Positions 24,962 to 33,697 of a DNA stretch of 64,000 nucleotides are shown piece after piece. The DNA comes from a virus. Taxonomy: Duplodnaviria; Caudoviricetes. The first letter of the stretch is position 1. Every line of letters begins with the position of its first letter. Below the pieces are notes generated by a model. It was not told the origin of the DNA. It saw only the letters and a program-made list of their open reading frames with translations, and made no database searches. Both the position numbers and the translations under genes were made by a program. The stretch lies in IMG/VR virus record IMGVR_UViG_3300028591_000141, positions 1 to 64,000 of that record. The stretch is one strand, 5' to 3'.

Positions 24962-26263
24962 ATCTGATAAAGTCCTTTCCGTATATCTGATTACAATCCT
25001 CAAACACTTTCCGCATTCCGAGCCCTTCCTTGCTCGGCACCCAGATCTTCTTCGGGTTCCAGTTTGTCCAGTCTCCGTCCATTTTCGAAGCTGCCGGATC
25101 GTAGTTCTTGTTATCCACCCACTGCCCGCCGTTCATGCAGTACTCGTACTGCCGCGGATGCGTCTTTGCCAGTCGCTGAAACCGTGTCTCTCCCTTTTCC
25201 AGGTGCGCGCCGAATCCGCAGAAAACGCATCCAGTCCGTTGGCATCCGGTGCACTTCAGTTTGCATTCAATACCCGGGAGCGGCTCGTAGTAGAATCCGT
25301 TTTCATCCACCGCCATGACGTCTCCGTATACGCTGCATATATCAATGTGGTACATCCGGATGTATCGGAGCACGTCCTGCTCAGTCCACAGGCTCAGCGG
25401 CTGGCTGACTTTCTTTCCCTCAAATGAGTTGCATCCATGCCGGACCCATGCCTGTGCTCTGATACGGCTCTCTTCCGCCATAGTACCGATGTATGGATAC
25501 CGTTTCGTTTTCCGCTGGTATTTACCCATCGGGCTTTTCTTCATCACGCTGCAACACTGGTGGCTGATCATGAACTGTGTTTCCTGGCACAGCGGAAGCC
25601 ATTTCAGTTTGTTGAACTGGCTCTTTGCCGAGGAGCTGACGCCTGAACCTGTTGATTCTTCTGAGCTCTCTGGTGCTGTACCACCCCCCCCATGAATTTT
25701 CCGGGACAGGCGTTTGCCCGTTGAGGTTTGCCCGCCGCCATCCGGTTCTGCCTCGCAGCGATTCTTTCCGTATCGTCCCGTTTCCCATGGAGTTCCGTCC
25801 GGCTTCGTTCGTAGTGGAGTGTAACTGCTCTGTCCGGACATCTCTTTCCGCTTGAAAGAAGGTCGCTGTACCCCCCCCCATATTGATTTTCAAGGCTTTG
25901 CGGGACGATACGTCTTGCGAAATGGATCGCTTCCGCGACTTCCTTGCTGATGATCGGATAGCCATATGTGCTGATCACCTCGCTGAAACTCATCTTCGGC
26001 CGGACGAATTCGGCACCCATGCTCCTGGCAAACGCCTGAATCTCCGGATACTCTAGCCCTGTGTTTGCGAACACCAACGGAACGTCCGGATACATACCGT
26101 GCACCAGGTCTGTCAGTACTGTGCTGTCCTTTCCTCCTGAAAAAGAAATGCACACGTTCCCGTCAAAGTGTTCGTACCATTCCCGGATCCGTTGCTCCGC
26201 CATCGTGATCTTTGCCTGCAGCGGGAGGCTCTGAAGCTGGCGAAGCAGTATCCTGTCTCTCAC
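24954..26263 (-). CDS. PAPS-reductase-family (PP-loop) protein, split by -1 frameshift between G9 and G8 tracts
   Basis: 'SFSGGKDS...FANTGLEYPE' in 25604-26263; 'CCSVMKK...IGTMAEES...W...DV...RTGCVFCGFG' in 24954-25841. Confidence 0.85.
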
Positions 26264-26532
26264 ATCATCATCACCTTTCCGATCACCGGATTGAACAGCA
26301 TTGCGATCCCGCCGGTTTCCATTGCTACTTTCCTGGCGTCTTCAGCGTTTCGGGTCCACCATGCGTCCCACGGGCTGGTACTCCATACAAGCCCGCCGTG
26401 CAGCGCGCTTTTGCCTTGCAGGAACTCACTGTTTTTCCTGATTATGATCCTGGTATACTGTCGAATATCAACACTCATAACTGTTGCTGCACTCGTTTCT
26501 GTAGTATATATACAGACAAAAAAATTAATCAC
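26260..26532 (-). CDS. Hypothetical protein (start uncertain)
   Basis: 'LVWSTSPWDAWWTR...AMLFNPV'; coupled to PAPS-reductase gene. Confidence 0.5.
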   Translation of the reverse strand: MINFFVCIYTTETSAATVMSVDIRQYTRIIIRKNSEFLQGKSALHGGLVWSTSPWDAWWTRNAEDARKVAMETGGIAMLFNPVIGKVMMM

Positions 26533-26776
26533 AGGATCTGCCGACGTTCAGATACGCGGCCTCATTGTCGAACCAAAGCCCGAACGTTCCGGCCCCGCAC
26601 ATCCACTGTGTTCCGAGACCGCCGTTCCTGTTGTCAAGCATGTCGAGCAGTGCTTCCTTAGCCTCATAATGCTCCATGCTCTTCAGTTCAGACAATTCAG
26701 CATCGGTAAATCCTGTGATTTTCATTGTGTCCAATGAGTTTGTACATTGTGTTCTCTCAATCGTCAACCTGGCCAT
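26525..26776 (-). CDS. Hypothetical protein
   Basis: RBS GGAGGT. Confidence 0.55.
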   Translation of the reverse strand: MARLTIERTQCTNSLDTMKITGFTDAELSELKSMEHYEAKEALLDMLDNRNGGLGTQWMCGAGTFGLWFDNEAAYLNVGRSCD

Positions 26777-26999
26777 TTTCGAACCTCCTCTTATATTCGT
26801 TTCCGAGATAGTTCATAATCGCTGTCAGCAGTTCAAGCACCAGCGGTGTTTCGCCGAACGCGACGGACGCAGCTGAACACTCCGTCGCAGTCTTAAGCCA
26901 CCACTCGTCTTCCTGTTGCGGAGGAAAGTGTTCGTTGAGAAAGTCATAAGCGCATCGGAAAGCCTTCTGATGCAGTTTTGCATATTCTTCCGGTGTCAT
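26757..26999 (-). CDS. Small helical phage protein (probable homolog of 31712-31966)
   Basis: Shared 'AF...F....W....PL..L' pattern. Confidence 0.55.
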   Translation of the reverse strand: MTPEEYAKLHQKAFRCAYDFLNEHFPPQQEDEWWLKTATECSAASVAFGETPLVLELLTAIMNYLGNEYKRRFENGQVDD

Positions 27000-27099
27000 C
27001 CTGTGTCACCTTCTTGTAATCTTGCCATAAGGCACCTCCTTTATTCGTCTGTGTTTTTATGTTACTACTATTTGTAGTATTTGTAAACTTAAAAAAATG

Positions 27100-27315
27100 T
27101 TACATTCCGGCCTGCATCATCTGCTGCTTGATAAATAGCACCGCGTTTTTACATCCATAGCACACTTTTGCCGGTCTGTTTCCGCTTAATACAGACATTG
27201 CTTCCCTGTCGTTCAGGCCGACAAATTCTCCGCAGATGATGCACGAAACAGACATGCCGGCACGGGTCTTTGCTGGATCCGCTATGATAGTTTCTTCAAT
27301 AATATTTTCGTTCAT
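27100..27315 (-). CDS. Small zinc-finger protein
   Basis: CIIC...CYGC; RBS AAGGAGG. Confidence 0.55.
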   Translation of the reverse strand: MNENIIEETIIADPAKTRAGMSVSCIICGEFVGLNDREAMSVLSGNRPAKVCYGCKNAVLFIKQQMMQAGM

Positions 27316-27325
27316 GCTTTCCTCC

Positions 27326-27520
27326 TTATTCTGCCGGTTCACAGTGTTCACCACGTACAAGCATTCGTTTTGTTTCAAGCTTGCGGGTCTCGTCAAGGCA
27401 CCTTGCGCAGATATAGTCAACCCATATCTGACCATCGTGGATTCCGGTACAGAAGTACAGCACCTGTTCATGGCGCTCACACCATGGGCACTTTCCGAAC
27501 TTTGTATCACTCGTCTTCAT
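27326..27520 (-). CDS. Small zinc-finger protein
   Basis: CPWC...CARC; RBS GGAGG. Confidence 0.55.
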   Translation of the reverse strand: MKTSDTKFGKCPWCERHEQVLYFCTGIHDGQIWVDYICARCLDETRKLETKRMLVRGEHCEPAE

Positions 27521-27755
27521 GTCTTTCCTCCGACAACCGCTCTAAGTATCTGTTGTTCTTGTCCAGCTTGCTTTGGTGAAACGAGTTCCGGACCAGCAAT
27601 TCTTCTAGGGCAACTGTATCACTCATAAGGCATTCGATACAACTGTAAAATCCTTCATGATTCAAATGATACGGGCATTCATTACAGTCCTCTGATGAAT
27701 GTGTAAGCGAAGTACATTTATCAGCCCACTCTATAACCTTCTTCCTGTCAGGCAT
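27507..27755 (-). CDS. Modular small protein (DREKVI family)
   Basis: 'MPDRKKVIE...CNECPY'. Confidence 0.6.
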   Translation of the reverse strand: MPDRKKVIEWADKCTSLTHSSEDCNECPYHLNHEGFYSCIECLMSDTVALEELLVRNSFHQSKLDKNNRYLERLSEERHEDE

Positions 27756-28098
27756 CGTCCGTTCTACTTTCCCCGTCTGCACAGAACCAATCCGGCGTAA
27801 CAACAATCCCGTTTCGTCCGCAGACATTTTCCTGTTCGGATGGTATCCTATTGTCTGCAAAATACCAGTGTTTGCAATCCTTGCAGCGGACAACCGGAAC
27901 AGCATCAATGGTTGGGGAAATGTCTTCATCGAGGAAATAATCAATCGTGTCCCCAATATCACAGGCACGGCACGGAGCTTCGCCTATTTCGTAGCAAAAG
28001 CGGATTTTCCCGTTCTTCATTCCCTTTCGTCTGTCACATTCTTTGCATCTAAACTCTCGCAAATATTTGATCGTTGCATCAGCATCAATCAACCTCAT
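27748..28098 (-). CDS. Modular small protein (MRLIDAD...VRCKDC...DWFCADG)
   Basis: Near-identical copy at 61291-61638. Confidence 0.7.
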   Translation of the reverse strand: MRLIDADATIKYLREFRCKECDRRKGMKNGKIRFCYEIGEAPCRACDIGDTIDYFLDEDISPTIDAVPVVRCKDCKHWYFADNRIPSEQENVCGRNGIVVTPDWFCADGESRTDDA

Positions 28099-28210
28099 TT
28101 CACTTCACCAACCTTTACTTTGTCCAGACTTGATGCCCTTGCACGTTCCTTTTGCAATATCAAGCGCAAGCCTTAATTGCCGTATTTCAGCTTCTTGCTC
28201 TTTCAGCATG
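27768..28210. repeat. 443-bp direct repeat, copy 1
   Basis: Matches 61308-61750 with two mismatches (27778, 27806); offset 33,540 bp. Confidence 0.95.
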
Positions 28211-28344
28211 GCAATGGCATCATCCGACCATTGTGCTATATCTTCTAAATGCTTCGGAGTGAAAAACTGCAAATCACGTTTACGGGCGAATGATGCCCAT
28301 GTATGAATTATCTGCAAATGAGTAATTACTGTTTCCCTGTCCAT
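28105..28344 (-). CDS. Modular small protein (MDRETVI...LKEQE...)
   Basis: C-terminal part identical to 61645-61872; N-terminal part different. Confidence 0.65.
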   Translation of the reverse strand: MDRETVITHLQIIHTWASFARKRDLQFFTPKHLEDIAQWSDDAIAMLKEQEAEIRQLRLALDIAKGTCKGIKSGQSKGW

Positions 28345-28377
28345 TTCATCACTTCCGTTTCTAACTTATAGTTGCCT

Positions 28378-28563
28378 TTAAATCACTAATCCCCAAACAT
28401 TTTTGACTCTTTCAAAATCTTCCAGTTTGTATTCTTGGTCGAGCCATAAAATGACCGCATCTCTTGTGCTTGTCCATTGCCTGCCCCACTTGTGTAGCAA
28501 CCAGTCGATCACTGTATAGCATTGGTCTGGTTCAAGTGTTGAAAGAAATTGTTGATTCGTCAT
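28378..28563 (-). CDS. Hypothetical protein
   Basis: RBS GGCGGTG; 'MTNQQFLSTL...WLDQEY'. Confidence 0.55.
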   Translation of the reverse strand: MTNQQFLSTLEPDQCYTVIDWLLHKWGRQWTSTRDAVILWLDQEYKLEDFERVKNVWGLVI

Positions 28564-28585
28564 TCAATCACCGCCTTTAAGTTAC

Positions 28586-28930
28586 TTAAATGTTTTCAGT
28601 TGCGCCAAGTTCAAGCGTCATACAATCAGAAAATTCATCATCAAGTATTCTTGTGTATTCCTCAACCAAAGCATCACAAGCTTTATGAAACGCTTCCCCA
28701 TGTTCCTTTATTGGGCCAACAATCACATGAGCCAACTCATGAATCAGCGTTTCTACAGCATCCGTCACGCTTTGTCTTGTAAGCACTTCAATCTCGATTG
28801 CTCCGTCATCGGCAAACCTGGTAACACCGGAAACTTCTTCTCCGTCAATCGGCTCAATATCATTTACCCATTGAATCTGAACTTTTTTATTGGGGCAAAT
28901 ATTCTGAAAAGCCTTGTAGAAATCTGTACC
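28586..28930 (-). CDS. SprT-like HExxH protein, start codon unclear (possibly 5'-damaged)
   Basis: 'TLIHELAHV...HGEAF'; frame open ~48 codons upstream of GTG 28786 with no ATG. Confidence 0.45.
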   Translation of the reverse strand, partial: GTDFYKAFQNICPNKKVQIQWVNDIEPIDGEEVSGVTRFADDGAIEIEVLTRQSVTDAVETLIHELAHVIVGPIKEHGEAFHKACDALVEEYTRILDDEFSDCMTLELGATENI

Positions 28931-29048
28931 TCATTCTTTAACTCATCATATGTGCCCGTCTTTCCGGGCCGCCACAGGTCTTTCCCCGTCGCCAGTCGTT
29001 TGCACCGTTCCTGATTCACGCGATCATCAGCTCGCGCTGGCTGAAATA

Positions 29049-29166
29049 TGCGCGGGGCCGGAATCGAACCGGCCGGCAGCTGCACGTTGTCCGGTCAGCC
29101 TGGGAAACAGAAGCGAACCTACCTCCTTATTGTCAGGCCTCCGGAACTGCCCCGGCTGGCCGCGCA
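29049..29166 (-). ncRNA. tRNA-like structured RNA (acceptor stem, T-arm, long internal helix)
   Basis: TGCGCGG/CCGCGCA closing stem; GGCCGG-TTCGATT-CCGGCC T-arm; nested helices GGCAGTT/AGCTGCC, TCCGG/CCGGA, GCCTG/CAGGC. Confidence 0.6.
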
Positions 29167-29223
29167 CGGTGCCCGGATGCTGATCTCTGTCATGCCTTCT
29201 GGCGCTTAATCCGGGCGAGGTGT

Positions 29224-29436
29224 TTATCTGTCTACCAGATCGACGCGTTGGTTGGCCGGAAGCCAGATTTTTTGATTGCTATCATACAACGATTCGCAGT
29301 CATAGCCGGCGGTCCGCTTTCCATCCTGGACAAGATATGTTTTGTCTCCGCCCTTCTTCCGCCAGATCTCACCGGAGTCCGGCAACGTGAAAAAGTCAGC
29401 CATTCCCAGGTTACAAACAAGTCGTGATTTTGCCAT
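29224..29436 (-). CDS. Hypothetical protein
   Basis: RBS AAGGAGG before MAKSRL. Confidence 0.55.
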   Translation of the reverse strand: MAKSRLVCNLGMADFFTLPDSGEIWRKKGGDKTYLVQDGKRTAGYDCESLYDSNQKIWLPANQRVDLVDR

Positions 29437-29446
29437 GTTGCCCTCC

Positions 29447-29668
29447 TTAACAAAAATCAAATTGCCATTCTTCTCTGATCTTTTCGCCGCAGAACGGGCA
29501 ATACTTTGGAGCAAGCGAAACACTGTACCCGTCTGATTTGTCCCGGATGTCAATAATCATCCCTTCAAACGAATCGTCTTCACATACGCACGGGAGCGCT
29601 GAGATACAATAATCGTCATTGTCCTCAAGTATGCTTCCAACCCTTTGTTTACAAAAGCATCCGTCCAT
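29447..29668 (-). CDS. Small zinc-binding protein
   Basis: GCFC...KYCPFCGEK; RBS AAAGGAG. Confidence 0.6.
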   Translation of the reverse strand: MDGCFCKQRVGSILEDNDDYCISALPCVCEDDSFEGMIIDIRDKSDGYSVSLAPKYCPFCGEKIREEWQFDFC

Positions 29669-29685
29669 TTTTATCTCCTTTCTGT

Positions 29686-29853
29686 GGAAACCAAGGAAAC
29701 CAAGAAACCGAGTTTTCTATATAATCTATTTAAAAATTATTTTTTTATATATTTTTGGTATCCATTGGTTTCCAAAGTGACTTAAAGCATTGAGTCATAA
29801 AGGATTGAGCCGGAAACCGACTCGGAAACCGATGGAAACCAACGGAAACCGAC
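29686..29853. repeat. GGAAACC iteron array (probable phage B origin)
   Basis: Two groups of (G)GAAACC direct repeats and inverted copies around an AT-rich core, downstream of VirE gene. Confidence 0.7.
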
Positions 29854-31152
29854 TCACTTCCAGAGGGCTGCAAAGTTGTCTTTTCTGAATGATTTCTGCT
29901 TCCCCCATTTGGTCGTGAGCGGAGCCGGACAGCTGACCCATCCAGGGATATTTGTTATGATCTGGGTGATCTCGATGCTGTCCTTCCGTGTCGGTTTACT
30001 CTCTTCCGGTTCGTTCAGTGCATTGTGCCATAACTCGATCACGCTCACGGTGGCGCCGCTATGTTTTTTCTGATCTTCCAAATACTGCTCAATCGCGCCA
30101 ATCCGCCAGTCGTCTTCCATGGCTGCCTCCTGGGCTGCCCTGATCTGGTCGAGCACTTCCTTCCGGGCGAACGCCTGCAGCTTTCCTTCCTTGTACAGGT
30201 GGACAGCCTCCGCCCAGGCCTGCCGGATGTACTCTTTGATTGCGGATTCGTTTTCGTACATCTTATAAGCGAAGCTCTGGACCTTCACCGGATAGAAGCG
30301 CCTGTTGCCGGTCTTGTCTGTCAAGAATTGAGGGTTGTTCGTGGTGCCCACAAACATACACCGGCGCGGAATCGTCTGAACGTGTTTCCCGTATGGCGGC
30401 CGGTAGCTGTCTTCCTGGCTGGTGATGTAGGCCTTCACGGCCTCCGCCTCTTTCACCCGTGTCATGGCCATCAGTTCGGCGACCTCGCCGATCCATACTC
30501 CGCGTATCGCTTCGATGCCTTCCTTGCCGTTGATAGTCTTGATCTCCCGGAAGAATTCGTCCTCCATGTTCAGCCAGCGCACGATGGTGCTCTTGCCGGC
30601 AGCCTGGCCGCCGATCAGCACGATCATGTCATCGAACTTGCAGCCGGGTTCATAGGCCCGATGGATCCCGCCAGCGAAGATCAGCCGGCTGCACTCGCGG
30701 ATATAATCGGAATCGTCAGCTTTCATCACGTCATGCAGGAATTGCTCTACCCGGGGCTTCCCGTCCCATTTCAGTTTCTCCAGAATCTGTATCAGCGGAT
30801 TAACTCTGTGGTCCTTGAAATAGATAAGCAGTGCGTCACTCAGCTTTGCCTGGCTATACATTCCATAATTGCCTTCAAAGTATGCCCGTGCCTCGCTTTC
30901 CTGGGCGTCGGTCCATTCCCGCCAGTGCTTCCGGTTATGATCATAGAATTCCGGCTTTCCGGTCATCTCGTTCAGGCGGAGGTTGTTTCCATAGTGGTTA
31001 GTAAGCAATCGGTAGAAATTGTCGATGGTGGCCTTGACCTGGACGCCGGCCGGATTACCAGCCAACAGGCTGACCTTGCTTTTGCCTTCAGGTCCGTCTG
31101 TTTCCTCGAAGTCCGGAGTGTTCATTCCGTTCTCCGGGCCTTTCTCCGCCAT
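29854..31152 (-). CDS. VirE/VapE-family helicase
   Basis: 'PGCKFDDMIVLIGGQAAGKST', 'YRPPYG', 'FVGTTN...FLTDKTGNRRF'. Confidence 0.9.
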   Translation of the reverse strand: MAEKGPENGMNTPDFEETDGPEGKSKVSLLAGNPAGVQVKATIDNFYRLLTNHYGNNLRLNEMTGKPEFYDHNRKHWREWTDAQESEARAYFEGNYGMYSQAKLSDALLIYFKDHRVNPLIQILEKLKWDGKPRVEQFLHDVMKADDSDYIRECSRLIFAGGIHRAYEPGCKFDDMIVLIGGQAAGKSTIVRWLNMEDEFFREIKTINGKEGIEAIRGVWIGEVAELMAMTRVKEAEAVKAYITSQEDSYRPPYGKHVQTIPRRCMFVGTTNNPQFLTDKTGNRRFYPVKVQSFAYKMYENESAIKEYIRQAWAEAVHLYKEGKLQAFARKEVLDQIRAAQEAAMEDDWRIGAIEQYLEDQKKHSGATVSVIELWHNALNEPEESKPTRKDSIEITQIITNIPGWVSCPAPLTTKWGKQKSFRKDNFAALWK

Positions 31153-31703
31153 GCCGCCACCTCCTCTTTGAATTCGTTAATCTTGTCGATCTGATAATCG
31201 ACATACTGTGATTCTTCCTTCCATGTCAGCAGAAATGTGTAATCATCCGCCGTCAGCTGCTCAGCATGGCCGTATTGGAGCTCTTCAAGCTGTTTCATTT
31301 TCTTATAGCTTTTGTCCTGGCCAAACTGAGCGACTTTGATCAGTGCATCGCAGTATGCGTAAACAGCTTCGACGAAATTGTCGAGCGTCTTCTGAACACG
31401 CTGCTGCCGTTTTGCATCCTCTGGATATTCAAAAGGATTCAACAGACCAAGGTGAAGCGCTCCGTCAATCGCTCTGACGGCCGTCGGGAAATTGCAGTTT
31501 TCATGTTCCATTACAAAGTCGATCACGGATCCTCCGCGCTCACACCCGTAACAATGCCAGCCGCCTGTATCCTTGTAGATCTTCAGTGAAGGTGCCTTCT
31601 CGCCATGGAACGGACAGCAGATAAATCCGTGCTTTGGCTTGTATCCGTACAGGCTCAGGATTTGTTCCATCGTCACGGTGTCGCGGATCGCCTGGGCGGC
31701 CAT
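31122..31703 (-). CDS. CHC2 zinc-finger (primase N-terminal) protein
   Basis: 'CCPFHGEKAPSL...WHCYGC..GGSVIDF'. Confidence 0.88.
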   Translation of the reverse strand: MAAQAIRDTVTMEQILSLYGYKPKHGFICCPFHGEKAPSLKIYKDTGGWHCYGCERGGSVIDFVMEHENCNFPTAVRAIDGALHLGLLNPFEYPEDAKRQQRVQKTLDNFVEAVYAYCDALIKVAQFGQDKSYKKMKQLEELQYGHAEQLTADDYTFLLTWKEESQYVDYQIDKINEFKEEVAAWRRKARRTE

Positions 31704-31711
31704 CTTAATGT

Positions 31712-31966
31712 TCAGATGTCATCCCTCCCGAAATAGCCGGCAGGGACTGGAACCTTTCCGCCCTGATAGAGATCGTTGAAGGTTTCCAGCGCAGCTTCCA
31801 TCAGATGCCAGCCAAGCGGGTTGTGATCAATGTCCAGATCGCGGCCCAGCTGCCCGACGTCCTCAGCGAACTGATCCCATTGGGCCTGTGTTTCAATCAT
31901 GATGTCACGCCATTTCGCGTAGAAACCAAAAACAAGCTTAAAGGCCAGATTTTCCTTATCGTTCAC
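31712..31966 (-). CDS. Small helical phage protein
   Basis: Coupled ORF; resembles 26757-26999. Confidence 0.55.
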   Translation of the reverse strand: MNDKENLAFKLVFGFYAKWRDIMIETQAQWDQFAEDVGQLGRDLDIDHNPLGWHLMEAALETFNDLYQGGKVPVPAGYFGRDDI

Positions 31967-32424
31967 TTTCTCACCCCCGTCAGGTATTCAATCAGCTGTT
32001 TCCCGGTGCTGTGCCAGTCGCAGAACCGGAATATCACGCCGTATTCCTTCTGCATGGTGATCAGTACCTTCCGCAGCGTCTCCGGGTTGAATTTGTGCAT
32101 AGGAAGCCCGTCCCAGCCTATGGGAGAGCGCCACCAGTCCAGGCGCCCTCCCGGCAGTTTCTCTTCCGTCAGTATGATCAGTTTGATTCCGCAGCGCTGG
32201 GCGCGTTCACACTCAGCGCGGAATCTGTCGTGTTCCTGGAAGCAGCACATCGCGAGCTCCGGCACGCCGTATTTCGTATCGACGCTGATATCGCCCTTGC
32301 CGGCGATCTGATAGTCGCCCACGTTCAGCGCCTGGCGGATGATCTCGATATCGTGCCGCTGGCAGTACTTCCGGATGTTCTCATGCTTATAGGCCTGCTG
32401 GCGGGTGTCTTCATACAGGACCAT
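31963..32424 (-). CDS. ERCC4-like nuclease
   Basis: 'EDTRQQ...LNVGDY...VDTK...RFRAECERA'. Confidence 0.8.
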   Translation of the reverse strand: MVLYEDTRQQAYKHENIRKYCQRHDIEIIRQALNVGDYQIAGKGDISVDTKYGVPELAMCCFQEHDRFRAECERAQRCGIKLIILTEEKLPGGRLDWWRSPIGWDGLPMHKFNPETLRKVLITMQKEYGVIFRFCDWHSTGKQLIEYLTGVRK

Positions 32425-33023
32425 CAGAACGGCAATTCATCGGTCTCAACAGGCGTGAACCCAGCGGGAGCAGCTGCAGCCGGCGCGGAGGCCGGTGCGT
32501 CACCCATGCGATCCTCCAAATCCCTCATCGGCGGGACGATGCCTTTACGAACGTCGTCAGCCACGCAGAACTGGCCGATCCTGGTGAACCCGCTGCCGTT
32601 GTAGGTTCCGTACTGCATATTGATGCCGACGGTCTTTCCCTTGAACTGGCCGATGTGGTCCGTATCGCCGTCCCACTTGAAGCCTGGGTTGCTGGTCTCG
32701 ATGGCCCACACCGTGTTGTTCAGCTTTTTCAGGTCCCATTCCGGATGCTGGCGCTTCGCATTGTCGGGATTCGGAATCTGAATCTTAAAGTCGCCCTTGT
32801 ACTTCACGTCATAATTCCCGCCGGCATCCTTGTCGTGGTTGTACCGTTTCGTGAAATAGCCGGTGTGCTCGCCTTCAACAATGTCCACGCGGAAAACGAT
32901 CTGCTGATCCGGTGCTTCGCCGTCCACCTTTACGTTGCTGATGCCGGCGACATACGCGCCCTTCGGGAGCATCGGGAAAGCCTTCGCGGGTGCCTCACTT
33001 TTGAATCCAGGAATCTTTGCCAT
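32424..33023 (-). CDS. Phage single-stranded DNA-binding protein
   Basis: 'LPKGAYVA...DIVEGE'; acidic tail 'DELPF'. Confidence 0.75.
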   Translation of the reverse strand: MAKIPGFKSEAPAKAFPMLPKGAYVAGISNVKVDGEAPDQQIVFRVDIVEGEHTGYFTKRYNHDKDAGGNYDVKYKGDFKIQIPNPDNAKRQHPEWDLKKLNNTVWAIETSNPGFKWDGDTDHIGQFKGKTVGINMQYGTYNGSGFTRIGQFCVADDVRKGIVPPMRDLEDRMGDAPASAPAAAAPAGFTPVETDELPF

Positions 33024-33025
33024 AA

Positions 33026-33697
33026 TTAGATAGCCTCCATTTCGTAATATTCTCTGATTGTTTTATCTACAAATGCCAGGTCGTTCGGGATCTTCGCCTC
33101 GAACATATCTTCCGGGCTCTTTGCCGTGTCTGTGCCGTCGCTCTGTGTGCTGAACCAGTGTTCCTGCCCATCAGTCCGGGCATGGAGCACGATATCGAAG
33201 CACCCTTCAAGCGTCAGCTTTTCGTCCAGCATCTTGCCGATCGTCTTTGCCTTCTGCTTGCCGGTGTTACCGTCCGTCTCCGGATGATGGAGGAAGTACA
33301 CGATCACATCGTCCGGCAGTTCATCGTTGACCAGGTGGACAAGGTTCCGGAAGTTCGCGCCAATGTCCACGTACTTGTCGTAGCCCTTCTCTGTCGCCCG
33401 GTCGAAATACTCGTTGGCCATGATGTACTGGCTGTCATCGATCACCAGGATCTTCTTCAGATCTTCCTTTTTTTTGCTCCGCAGCAGCCCCTGAATGACT
33501 GCGCTCTGCCGGTACACGGTGACCTTGCCTTCCTCTTCTTTCCGCATATTGCGGACCTTGTATGTCGGGAATGGCTTCCTGAAGGGAAGCCTGTTCTTCT
33601 CACACAGGAAGATCCCGACCTTCTCCGGATCCAGATTCTTAATGGCGTATGTCTTGCCGGAGCCCGACTCGCCGACGATCAATACAGGGATGCCCAT
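33026..33697 (-). CDS. AAA_24 / Sak4-like ATPase recombinase
   Basis: 'LIVGESGSGKT', 'LVIDDSQY', 'KTIGKMLD'. Confidence 0.85.
   Translation of the reverse strand: MGIPVLIVGESGSGKTYAIKNLDPEKVGIFLCEKNRLPFRKPFPTYKVRNMRKEEEGKVTVYRQSAVIQGLLRSKKKEDLKKILVIDDSQYIMANEYFDRATEKGYDKYVDIGANFRNLVHLVNDELPDDVIVYFLHHPETDGNTGKQKAKTIGKMLDEKLTLEGCFDIVLHARTDGQEHWFSTQSDGTDTAKSPEDMFEAKIPNDLAFVDKTIREYYEMEAI

Larger units (their letters stand above)
1..27767 (-). mobile_element. Phage A (siphovirus), late, packaging and middle regions; continues at 61751-64000
   Basis: Contiguous minus-strand tail-head-portal-terminase-replication gene order; no host genes. Confidence 0.85.

Noticed and set aside
27768-28210. DGR template/variable repeat pair with 61308-61750
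   Set aside because: No reverse transcriptase in the window; only two mismatches; not at a tail-fibre C-terminus
29049-29166. Canonical tRNA or tmRNA gene
   Set aside because: No D-stem, no 7-nt anticodon loop, no encoded CCA; far too short for tmRNA
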